From an uncultured delta proteobacterium (GTDB lineage Bacteria > Myxococcota_A > Polyangia > Polyangiales > Polyangiaceae): 64,000 nt of DNA. The DNA lies in assembly GCA_963847465.1 (NCBI GenBank), contig CAWKAF010000021.1, forward strand, positions 44,134-108,133, read 5' to 3'. The notes beneath the pieces were generated by a model that saw nothing but the letters and a program-made list of their open reading frames with translations, searched no databases and was not told the DNA's origin. Positions 46,443 to 54,593 of the stretch are shown one piece after another. Position 1 is the first letter of the stretch. The number at the start of each line of letters is the position of its first letter. The position numbers were made by a program, and so were the translations under genes.

Positions 46443-47072
46443 ATGAACCCCTGCACCCGCCCAGTCGACGCGTCCAACCCCACTCGAGAGGAGCTCGACC
46501 TCTACATGCCGCTGGTCCGCCAGGTGGTGGCGCGGGTGCTGCGCAAGCTGCCTCCGAACGTCCTCCGCGAAGACCTGATCTCGGCGGGGACGTTCGGCCT
46601 GATCGACGCCCTCCGGAAGAGCGTGGACCGCGGTCCGGCGTTCGAGTGGTACGCGCGCGTTCGCATCCGCGGCGCGGTGGTCGACGAGCTCCGGGCGCAG
46701 GACTGGCTCACACGACGGGCGCGCTCGCGCATCACGCGCGCGCAGGCCGACGGCACCGGGGGCAGCGCGGCGATCGTCGGATTCGACGACTTGTCCGAGG
46801 CCCAGGCCAGCTCGTTCGCCGACGAGTCGGTAGCGACGCCGGAGCAGCAGGTCGAGCAGCGCATGGACCGCCGCATCCTCGAGCGCGCCGTCCAGCACCT
46901 GCCGGAGCGCGAAGGCAACATCGTCGCGTGGCACTACTTCGAGGACGTGCCCTTCAAGACGATCGCGACGCGCCTCGGCGTCAGCGAGCCCCGCGTATCG
47001 CAGCTTCACTCGCGAGCCATCGGGCTCTTGCGCGCCACGATGGTCGAGACGAGCGACGCGGCCGCGGCCTAA
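46443..47072 (+). CDS. sigma-70 family RNA polymerase sigma factor, group 3 (FliA/WhiG-like)
   Basis: ORF 46443..47072. The region 2 sequence is DLISAGTFGLIDALRK...YARVRIRGAVVDELR. The region 4 HTH is FEDVPFKTIATRLGVSEPRVSQLHSRAIGLLR. Confidence 0.8.
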   Translation: MNPCTRPVDASNPTREELDLYMPLVRQVVARVLRKLPPNVLREDLISAGTFGLIDALRKSVDRGPAFEWYARVRIRGAVVDELRAQDWLTRRARSRITRAQADGTGGSAAIVGFDDLSEAQASSFADESVATPEQQVEQRMDRRILERAVQHLPEREGNIVAWHYFEDVPFKTIATRLGVSEPRVSQLHSRAIGLLRATMVETSDAAAA

Positions 47073-49684
47073 GGCGACTTCGGCGTCGCGGCTTCGAAGC
47101 GGAAGCCGCGCGGGCGGAGCGGGGCCGCGATGGCGTAGAGGACCGACTGGTCGTAGCGCGCGCGCAGCGGGCTCGCTGTCCCCGAACGGTCGAGGAGCGC
47201 GGTGGCCTCCGTGCCGCGGTCGAGCGAGACCGCGCGCGTGCACCCCGCACGAGACAGCGCCTCGCCCAGCGGAGCGGCGCTCGCGAACGAACCCCGCGCG
47301 AACATCACCTGCCCCGAGGGCGCGATCCCCAGCGCGGCGCGCGGCATGACCGCGCCGGTAGCGGGAGTCACGGGCTGCCCGTCCCAGAGCAAGAGGGGGA
47401 GCTCGACCAGGTCGTCCTTGTCGCCGAGGATCGGCGTGTCGTCTGCGCGCACGATCGAGATGCCCCCGTCGTCGCCGACGAAGATGGCCCCCGAGCCGGC
47501 GCCGCCACGCACCGCGACGGCCATGCGCCCGCTCGTCGCGAGGCCCAGCGCCCGCTTCTCGCTCGCAGCGCCCAGGCCAACGGCCAGCAGCGCGCGGCGC
47601 GCGTCGTCACCCGCGAGCTCGCGCTGCGGCGTAGCCGCCGTCGCGTCCTTCGTCCCCGCCCGGACCCGCCAGGTCGCCCGCCCCGGCTCGACGTCGACGA
47701 CCTCGACGCTCCCCTGCACCCCGTCGACGCGACCGCTCCAGATGCCGGGCATCCAGTGCGGCGGCGGCTGCAAGCCTCCGTCGGGAGTCCAGGGGACGCC
47801 CCCGTCGATCGACGGCGGCGTCGGGTCGTGGACCATGACGTAGAAGAAGTCCTTCGGCGCGTACTGGATGTAGCGGTCGGTCGGGATCGACATCGCCGGC
47901 GTCAAAAGCTGCGACTTGTATTTCTTGGCGGCCAGGTCGTCGATCGCCGTGAAGAGAAAGCCCGTGTGGTACGGGTTCATGTCGAGGTGCATGGCGTAGT
48001 CGCAGCCGGCCATCTCCATCGCCTTCGCGAGCGCCGTCGCGCTGACGTCGTCCCCCCAGGCGTAGAGAAGGTGGCCGCTCGTGGTCACGCAAAGGCCCGA
48101 CCGCTCCGTCTGCGCGCCCTTGCCGGGGAGGGTGAAGCCCCAGAGGTTACGGCCGGTCGGATTGATCCGCCCGTGGTCCAAAAGGGGGTCGAGGTTCTGG
48201 CGGAACGACACGATGTCGCCGTCCGGCACTCCCGCGATGCCGCCAACCTTTCGCTCCGATCCCCAGGTGCCGAAGCCGACGCGCCCGTCCTCGAGGACGA
48301 TGACGGTGGCCGACGCCGGGACGGGCGGGAGAAGCACCCGCTTGTCGACCATCATCCCGTAGTGCCCGTGCTCCGTCTTGAAGGCGCCGTTGAACGCGGC
48401 GGCGACCCGCCGGTACACGGCCGGGTCGCGCGGGATGCGTCCGGCTCCCGGAGGCCCGGTCAGCGGCTCGGGGTCTTCGACGCCTGCCTCCATGCCGAGG
48501 TCGAGCTGCCTGAGGTCCATCGCCACGAGGAGCACCTTCGAGTACGGCCTGTCCTCGTCGGGGCGGACGAACGTCCGGTAGAACTCCGACGGCGCGTTCG
48601 CGGTCACGCCGGGGACCTGACGCAGCCACGGCACGTTCGGCACGGCCCACTCGCCCTCGCCTTCCTCCGGCGACTTCCAGATCGTCGCGACGCGCGGCGG
48701 CGGCCAGTGCGCCTCGTCGAGCGACGCCTGCGACGTGTCGAGCAAGGGCGGCGCGGGGTCTGCCGCGACGACGACATCCGTCGCACGGCCGCCCGAGTTG
48801 AACGTGGCGCGCCGGTAGACGTCGCGCGCCCACAACGCCTGATCCTCCAGCCACGCGATGGGCGCCGGGCCGATCCACGGCACCGCTCGCAGCGTGTCCA
48901 CCGTCCAGTGCGAGAAGCGCTTGGGGAGATGGATCCCTGACTCGGCGCGGGCCCCGGCGACCGGAGGGGCGAGCTCGGCGCTGGCGAGGTCGAGACGCGC
49001 GGCGGTGACGACGGGCGCACGCCGCGCGTCTCCGCCGAAGAGCGTCATGTCGAGCGACCCGTCGCCGAGCTCGAGGCCGACCGCACGGGCCGGCGATTCG
49101 AGCGTCACGTCGATGCGTCCCACGCCGTCGGTGCTGCCGCTCTGCTGCAAGGCGGTGACGGCCCCCATCGCGCGGTCCGCGAGCTCGACGGCCTTGTTCT
49201 GGGCGCCTTCGCCGGCGAGATCGAGCACGGTCACGCTCTGCTCTTGCCCGTACGCTCGCGTCGCGAACGCCGCGCGGCTCCCGCGAAGGACGAGCGCGTG
49301 GTCGTCGCCGAGCGGCGTGTTCGTGAGGTCGTGTGCCCCGGCTACGCCGATCACGCTCCCCTCGGGCGACACCCGGACGCGCGCCCGCCACACGTCGCGC
49401 GTGTCGTCCCCCGGAGAGCGCGCGAGGAAGACGGCCCACCGGCCGACGACGGCATCCGAGAGCGCACCGCCCGACGGGGCCCACCGGATGTCACCCGGCG
49501 AGACGCTCGCGCCGAAGGCCGAGGTGCCGAGCGCGACGGCGAGCGCGCGGAGGTCTCGCCCGGGCGCCGACGGGCCGTTCTGCCAGGTGCCCATCGCCGC
49601 CACGATCACCACGTAAGAGCCGAAAAGAAGCCCCCGCTTGCGCGCCCACTGGCTCGCTCGGCGAAACACCCCGCCATGAAGCAT
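47069..49684 (-). CDS. membrane-anchored protein with a phosphodiester glycosidase (DUF2233/NAGPA-like) domain
   Basis: ORF 47069..49684 with an N-terminal TM (LLFGSYVVIVAAM). The segment NGAFKTEHGHYGMMVDKRVLLPP...ERSGLCVTTSGHLLYAWGDDVSATALAKAMEMAGCDYAMHLDMNPYHTGFLF resembles that family as I recall it. Its stop overlaps the sigma-factor stop by 3-4 nt (convergent genes). Confidence 0.6.
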   Translation of the reverse strand: MLHGGVFRRASQWARKRGLLFGSYVVIVAAMGTWQNGPSAPGRDLRALAVALGTSAFGASVSPGDIRWAPSGGALSDAVVGRWAVFLARSPGDDTRDVWRARVRVSPEGSVIGVAGAHDLTNTPLGDDHALVLRGSRAAFATRAYGQEQSVTVLDLAGEGAQNKAVELADRAMGAVTALQQSGSTDGVGRIDVTLESPARAVGLELGDGSLDMTLFGGDARRAPVVTAARLDLASAELAPPVAGARAESGIHLPKRFSHWTVDTLRAVPWIGPAPIAWLEDQALWARDVYRRATFNSGGRATDVVVAADPAPPLLDTSQASLDEAHWPPPRVATIWKSPEEGEGEWAVPNVPWLRQVPGVTANAPSEFYRTFVRPDEDRPYSKVLLVAMDLRQLDLGMEAGVEDPEPLTGPPGAGRIPRDPAVYRRVAAAFNGAFKTEHGHYGMMVDKRVLLPPVPASATVIVLEDGRVGFGTWGSERKVGGIAGVPDGDIVSFRQNLDPLLDHGRINPTGRNLWGFTLPGKGAQTERSGLCVTTSGHLLYAWGDDVSATALAKAMEMAGCDYAMHLDMNPYHTGFLFTAIDDLAAKKYKSQLLTPAMSIPTDRYIQYAPKDFFYVMVHDPTPPSIDGGVPWTPDGGLQPPPHWMPGIWSGRVDGVQGSVEVVDVEPGRATWRVRAGTKDATAATPQRELAGDDARRALLAVGLGAASEKRALGLATSGRMAVAVRGGAGSGAIFVGDDGGISIVRADDTPILGDKDDLVELPLLLWDGQPVTPATGAVMPRAALGIAPSGQVMFARGSFASAAPLGEALSRAGCTRAVSLDRGTEATALLDRSGTASPLRARYDQSVLYAIAAPLRPRGFRFEAATPKSP

Positions 49685-49818
49685 TCGGTGCGGGCAGGGT
49701 CAAGCACAGCCCACCGCGAGGACGGCGGCGAGGGGCACGGGACCCCACGCGCGAAGTTCACGAACACTTCGTCGCCGCGCCCTCAGCATGTCACCTGAGC
49801 ACACGTACAGTTCGGGAC

Positions 49819-50355
49819 GTGGGACGAGCGGTCCCTTTCGCATGCGTTCTCGGCGCCGCCTTGGCGCTGCTCGTGCCCGTCGCACGCGCCGGCGGCGAAC
49901 GCGACGTCGTCAGCCTGTTTTTCATCGCGAAGAGCGAGAACAGGAACCAGGTGCACTACGGGGTGCACCTGGACGCGAGCTGCGCGCCGATCGGCTCCGC
50001 GCCGGTCTTCGGTTACTGGCGCATGTTCGAGCACGGGCCTACGGCCACCGAGCCACTGCTCGCGCGCGAAGTGCGCGCCTACGGCTTTGCCGGCGAGCGC
50101 GTGATGGCTCGCGAGGGCCAGGGCGGACGCGTGATGGTGCTCCTCGCGGCGCTGTCACGGAGGCCGATCGTCGTCGAAACGTCCGCGAACGGCGCGACGT
50201 GCGTCGCGACCGCCACGACGGCGATCGGAGGCGTCCCGGCGGCACTCGGCAGCGTGTTCGCGCAGCTGCGGTGGCCCTTCGGCGTCGACTATCTGACGTT
50301 GACGGGGCGGGCGCTGGCCGACGGCCACGTCGTGCGCGAGCGCGTCGCGCCCTGA
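49819..50355 (+). CDS. small secreted protein, possibly DUF4833-like
   Basis: GTG 49819 in the frame of ORF 49333..50355. A signal peptide (VGRAVPFACVLGAALALLVPVARA) is followed by SLFFIAKSENRNQVHYGVHLD. The family assignment is from memory and weak. Confidence 0.45.
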   Translation: MGRAVPFACVLGAALALLVPVARAGGERDVVSLFFIAKSENRNQVHYGVHLDASCAPIGSAPVFGYWRMFEHGPTATEPLLAREVRAYGFAGERVMAREGQGGRVMVLLAALSRRPIVVETSANGATCVATATTAIGGVPAALGSVFAQLRWPFGVDYLTLTGRALADGHVVRERVAP

Positions 50356-50403
50356 CCGCGAAGACGGCCACCGCGCAAAGAGCTACCATCGGCCCCCGCG
50401 CGC

Positions 50404-52134
50404 ATGCTCACCCGGTTACCGACCGTCCGCGCCAAGCTGACCGCGCTGGTGTCGCTGTCGGTCGTGGTGATGCTCGCCGCGCTCCCCGTGCTCTCGTGGC
50501 TCTTGCACCGGCAACTCGTCGACGAGGTGGACGACCGCGTGACGGACGCGGAGAAGGCGTTCCAGACGGAGCTCGACGACGATCTCGCCGACCTTACCCT
50601 CGCCTCGCGCGTCCTCGCCGCGGACGACGCGACGACGAAGGCCATCCAGCGGCACGACGCCGAGGGCGCCCGCCGCCTCGCGCAGGTCTTCCTCGGCGTC
50701 TACCCCGACATCGACGTTCTCCTCGTCGAGCCCGACGGCGCCGTGCTCGCCCAGGTCGGTTGCGAGCACCCCCCCACGCAGATCGCCGGCATCCCGGAGC
50801 TCGCCGACCTCGCGCGCGGCAAGGAGGTGGAGGGAGTGGTCGCCCACGGGTGCGAGTCCCCCGCGTCGCCCTCGCCCCCGGCGTACGCCATCGGTGTCCC
50901 GCTCGCCGGCGTGGGTGGGGTCATCGTGTGCCTGCCGATCGACAACGGATACCTGAAGAACGCCAGCGCGAAGCTCGGACTCGAGCTCGCCTTCGCGGTG
51001 CTCGAGCCGGGCGACGACAAGCGCCTGGTGGGCGAGACGCCGGATTTCCCGCTGGCCGGCCGAGGCGTCTCGTCGCGGACGACGACGACGGTGCACGTGG
51101 CCGAGAGGACATGGGCAGTCGCCCGCTTCGAGCCGCGCCAGCTCGTGGGGCGGATGGGCAGGGTGGGAATGCTCGCGGCGCTCGACGTCGGCGACATCCA
51201 GGTCATCGTGCGCCAGCACCTCCTTTATGCGCTCGCGGTCCTGGGCGTCGCCGCGGCGATCTCCGTCTGGTTCGGGTCACGCCTCGCGTCGCTCATGTCG
51301 AGCGCCCTCAAGCGGCTGAACGTCGCCCTGAAGAAGGTCGAGGAGCTCGACTACATGCACGTCGACCCCGTGCACACGGGCGACGAGCTGGAAGACCTGG
51401 CCAGGGGCTTCAACCGGATGGTCGACGGCCTGAAAGAGCGCGACAAGCTGCGGACGACCTTCGGCAAGTACATGACGGCGACGGTCATGGAGCACCTCCT
51501 GGCCGGCAAGGTCGCCCTCGGCGGCGAATCGCTCAAGGTCACGATCCTCTTCACCGACATCCGGAGCTTCACGACCATCAGCGAGAAGATGGACCCGCAG
51601 CAGCTCGTCGCCCTCTTGAACGAGTACTTCAGCGAGATGGTGGGCATCGTGATGCAGGAGGACGGGGTCGTCGACAAGTACATCGGCGACGCCATCATGG
51701 CGGTCTTCGGCGCGCCCGTTCCCAAGCCCGACGACGCGGTGAACGCCGTGCGGGCGGCGGTGCGCATGCGCCAGTCGCTTCAGGCCCTCAACCTCCGCCT
51801 CGAGGCGCGCGGCGTGGCCCCGCTGCGGACGGGCATCGGCATTCACACGGGCGAGGTGATCGCGGGCAACATCGGCAGCGAAAAGCGCATGGAATATACG
51901 GTCATCGGCGACGCCGTGAACCTCGCGTCGCGCCTCGAATCGAACACGAAAGAGCTGGGCGTGAACGTGCTCATCAGCGAGGACACCTACGAGCTCACGA
52001 AGCACGTCGTCCAGGTCCGCGCGATGCGGGAAATCACCGTAAAGGGCCGGAAGAGGCCGGTGATGACGTACGAGGTGCTGGGGCTAAAGGGGGAAGAGCT
52101 GATCGCGCTGAGCGTGAGGCCGCCGGCGGCCTGA
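50404..52134 (+). CDS. membrane-bound class III adenylate/guanylate cyclase with a periplasmic sensor domain and HAMP
   Basis: ORF 50404..52134 has two TM segments flanking a ~250-aa extracytoplasmic domain, followed by a HAMP-like linker. The cyclase motifs are ILFTDIRSFTTISE, KYIGDAIMAVFGAP, GIHTGEVIAGNIGS and EYTVIGDAVNLASRLES. Confidence 0.85.
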   Translation: MLTRLPTVRAKLTALVSLSVVVMLAALPVLSWLLHRQLVDEVDDRVTDAEKAFQTELDDDLADLTLASRVLAADDATTKAIQRHDAEGARRLAQVFLGVYPDIDVLLVEPDGAVLAQVGCEHPPTQIAGIPELADLARGKEVEGVVAHGCESPASPSPPAYAIGVPLAGVGGVIVCLPIDNGYLKNASAKLGLELAFAVLEPGDDKRLVGETPDFPLAGRGVSSRTTTTVHVAERTWAVARFEPRQLVGRMGRVGMLAALDVGDIQVIVRQHLLYALAVLGVAAAISVWFGSRLASLMSSALKRLNVALKKVEELDYMHVDPVHTGDELEDLARGFNRMVDGLKERDKLRTTFGKYMTATVMEHLLAGKVALGGESLKVTILFTDIRSFTTISEKMDPQQLVALLNEYFSEMVGIVMQEDGVVDKYIGDAIMAVFGAPVPKPDDAVNAVRAAVRMRQSLQALNLRLEARGVAPLRTGIGIHTGEVIAGNIGSEKRMEYTVIGDAVNLASRLESNTKELGVNVLISEDTYELTKHVVQVRAMREITVKGRKRPVMTYEVLGLKGEELIALSVRPPAA

Positions 52135-52141
52135 GCGCCCC

Positions 52142-52633
52142 TCACGAAGTTCTGCGCCGGCGAACGGTGCGACCCTTAGGGCGCGCTCCGGCACGTTCGA
52201 TCGCTCGGACGTCGCGAATATCCTGGGGACGGCCGACCGCCCTCTTGTTTGCCAGGAGGTCTTCGCGCCCGATCACGTCCAGGCGAAGACCGTCGATGCG
52301 AACGGCGACACGACGCGACCATGCGCCCTCGAACTCGACCCCGGGGATGCCGAGCAGGAGATCGACCCGGGCCGGCGCGCGACCCATCCAGACGATCTCG
52401 TCGGGCTTGGCCGTGCGCAGGTCCTCGACGATGGCCTCCGGCGTCCCGAACGCTCGCAGCGCCGCGCACGTGCGCGCGATGTTCTCGCCGCTCGCGTCGA
52501 GCCACACGTCGAGGTCTTTCGTCGTGCGGGGTCTAGCGTGAACGCCCACCGCGTGGCCGCCCACGATCAGGTACCGCACGCGAGCGTCGGCGAACGCCGA
52601 AAGCATCGCGACCAAATCGCGGGGGAACCTCAT
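52142..52633 (-). CDS. small nucleotidyltransferase-fold protein (MNT/DUF2204-like)
   Basis: ORF 52142..52633, with ATG preceded by GGAGG. VRYLIVGGHAVGVHARPRTTKDLDVWLD fits the GG-x-A-x(n)-R-x-T-x-D-x-D minimal nucleotidyltransferase pattern. Length is 163 aa. Confidence 0.55.
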   Translation of the reverse strand: MRFPRDLVAMLSAFADARVRYLIVGGHAVGVHARPRTTKDLDVWLDASGENIARTCAALRAFGTPEAIVEDLRTAKPDEIVWMGRAPARVDLLLGIPGVEFEGAWSRRVAVRIDGLRLDVIGREDLLANKRAVGRPQDIRDVRAIERAGARPKGRTVRRRRTS

Positions 52634-52820
52634 CGGGATGCTCTAGCCTCCACGCCTGGAATGCGAGCTCGATGCTCGAGAAGAGGCGCGCAGCGGGGCC
52701 CGCGCGGTCCCAGAAGGCCTGGTCTGCGGCATCGAGCGCATCGTGACCGCGCACCTTGCCGCCCTGCCAGACGCGCGCGCCCACTAGGATGAGGGTACCA
52801 CGGGGGCGCCGAGGCAGCAC
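52634..52820 (-). CDS. possible small ORF immediately upstream of the nucleotidyltransferase gene (3' end uncertain)
   Basis: In the frame of ORF 52533..53219, the stretch VGARVWQGGKVRGHDALDAADQAFWDRAGPAARLFSSIELAFQAWR has about 87% G/C at third positions (40 of 46 by hand count), like real genes here. GTG starts are possible at 52820 or 52784. As assembled the frame runs on into the NTase gene, but a one-base indel would end it at TAG 52643-52645 or at the TGA overlapping the NTase ATG. Confidence 0.3.
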
Positions 52821-52857
52821 GACTCCAAGGCGTGCCCGCGGTCCACCGAGGCGGAAG

Positions 52858-53193
52858 TGCAATTCAGCCTCGGTGGATCGCGATTCACCGCGTCTGACTT
52901 GCACTTCATCGTCGGTGGATCGCGATTCACCGCGTCTGACCTGCGCGGAAGCCTCGGTGGATCGCAGGTCATCGCGTCTGACCTGCACGGAAGCCTCGCT
53001 GGATCGCGATCCACCGCGTCTGACTTGCACGGAAGCCTCGGCGGATCGCAGGTCATCGCGTCTGACCTGCACGGAAGCCTCGCTGGATCGCGATCCACCG
53101 CGTCTGACCTGCACGGAAGCCTCGCTGGATCGCAGGTCACCGCGTCTGACGTGGACTTCAGCCTCGGTGAATTGCGCCTGCGCCCTCGATCCC
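52858..53193. repeat. tandem array of eight 42-bp repeats (two alternating variants, degenerate end units)
   Basis: Units start at 52858, 52900, 52942, 52984, 53026, 53068, 53110 and 53152. The consensus is TGCACGGAAGCCTCGNTGGATCGC[GATCCAC|AGGTCAT]CGCGTCTGACC. The A variant contains the palindrome GGATCGCGATCC. The B variant contains CAGGTCA-N7-TGACCTG. Confidence 0.9.
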
Positions 53194-53352
53194 TGCAGGC
53201 GACTCGCACCGTGTCGCACCCATTTTCACTATTTTTCGCAAACCGCCTCGCTCGAGTCGGTCAGTCCAATGAGGCAAGCGCGATTCCGACGCCGGAGCAT
53301 GGTGCTCCGTCGCGGGGTCGCCTTCGCTCTCGGAAAGAAAAGGAACATCATC

Positions 53353-53889
53353 ATGAGTGCAACAAAGGTAACGAAAGCCACATTGGAACAGCGGATCCGC
53401 GGTCTCATCGCGGGCACGCAGAAGCACCCGCCCACCGGGCCGTTGACGGTTGACGGGGCGACGTACACGGCAACGGCGCTCGTCCAGCTCCTCCAGAGCC
53501 TGGCCGATGCGCTCGGCGCCGTGGACGCGGCGAAGGCCAGCTGGCAGGAAGCGCTGAAGAACGCGACCGACGTCAAAGCAAAGGTGGGCCCTGTCGTTCA
53601 GGCCTACCGGAGCTGGGTCGTCGTCACGTACGGCAACGCGCCCTCGACGCTGGACGACTACGACGTGAAGCCTCGCAAGACGCCCACGCCGTTGACCGCC
53701 GATCAGCAGGTCGCCAAGGTCGCCAAGGCCGAGGCGACGCGCAAGGCGCGCAACACCATGGGCAAGAAGCAGAAGAAGAGCGTGAAGGGCACGGTCCCCA
53801 CGACCGCGCCGGTCACCTCGTCGGCCGCTTCGCCGCCCGTGGCGCCGAGCACTGCTGGCAGCACGCCTCGCGCTTCCGTAGTCGCGTGA
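53353..53889 (+). CDS. hypothetical protein with a helical N-terminal half and a basic Lys/Pro/Thr/Ser-rich tail
   Basis: ATG 53353 inside ORF 52756..53889 is preceded by the AT-richer AAAAGGAACATCATC. The protein reads MSATKVTKATLEQRIRGLIAGTQKH...KARNTMGKKQKKSVKG.... I do not recognise any family. Confidence 0.55.
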   Translation: MSATKVTKATLEQRIRGLIAGTQKHPPTGPLTVDGATYTATALVQLLQSLADALGAVDAAKASWQEALKNATDVKAKVGPVVQAYRSWVVVTYGNAPSTLDDYDVKPRKTPTPLTADQQVAKVAKAEATRKARNTMGKKQKKSVKGTVPTTAPVTSSAASPPVAPSTAGSTPRASVVA

Positions 53890-53999
53890 GGTGACGACAA
53901 CAGGGGAAACGGGGGGCGCCGTTGAAGCAGACGGCGCTCCCCGCACTTCCCGCGCCCAGAGGCGGCAGTCTCCTTCAGGAGACGAACTTCAGCCGCCCG

Positions 54000-54590
54000 C
54001 TATTGGCACTGCTGGACCCTCGGCCCGTTGTCTACGGTGGTGCATGACAGAACGCCACCCGTGCACATGAAGAAGTCGGCGGTTTGACCGCACGAAGGCG
54101 TGCTCATGAAGCCCTGGGTTCCTGTGCAACCGATCCCCAACAAGCCCGCACACGAGATGCCGGTTTTGAACATAGAGCTCGCGGCACAATCGCAGTTGGG
54201 TCCGTCCGTCACGCCGCCTGAGTCCTTTGGGGTGCCCGTGTCAGCGGCATCCGGAACGCCACTCGCGTCCTGACCGGAGTCCAGGGGCGCGCCGGCGTCC
54301 GCCGCGTCGCCCGGCCCCGCGTCCGCGCCGACATCCGCCACTTCGCGCCCATCCCCTCCCGGCGCATCCGTCCCCGTCACACCCTCGTCCCCGCCGCCCG
54401 TGTCGAAGCCGACGCTCCCCTCGCCGCTCGCCGAGTCCAGTGGGGCGTCCGACCCGGTCGTGCCGTCGCCGACGCTCGAGTCACCCACGAACGCTACATC
54501 GGGAAAGCTGCATGCGGCGGCCAGCGATGAGACACACAGGCTGACGATCCCGACGCGCCGGAGGGTGGCCGAGGATCGAACGGGCCGCAC
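54000..54590 (-). CDS. secreted Cys-rich lipoprotein
   Basis: ORF 54000..54590. RRVGIVSLCVSSLAAAC is a lipobox, followed by an Asp/Gly-rich linker and a C-terminal Cys-rich module (NCDCAASSMFKTGISCAG...CTGGVLSCTTVDNGPRVQQCQ). Confidence 0.6.
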   Translation of the reverse strand: MRPVRSSATLRRVGIVSLCVSSLAAACSFPDVAFVGDSSVGDGTTGSDAPLDSASGEGSVGFDTGGGDEGVTGTDAPGGDGREVADVGADAGPGDAADAGAPLDSGQDASGVPDAADTGTPKDSGGVTDGPNCDCAASSMFKTGISCAGLLGIGCTGTQGFMSTPSCGQTADFFMCTGGVLSCTTVDNGPRVQQCQ

Positions 54591-54593
54591 CGC

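Noticed and set aside
52858-53193. Possible CRISPR array
   Set aside because: The whole 42-bp unit repeats head to tail. There are no unique spacer segments, only two alternating variants, and no cas genes or leader are present.
52533-53219. ORF translating the 42-bp array as a 14-aa-repeat protein (EASVQVRRGGSRSS...), plus the plus-strand ORF 52756..53889 reading CTEASLDRDPPRLT repeats
   Set aside because: Third-position G/C is only about 9 of 14 in each frame checked, and rare codons (AGA, GGA, CGA) recur. All six frames are open simply because the period is a multiple of 3. Only the portion 3' of the array in the minus frame looks coding.
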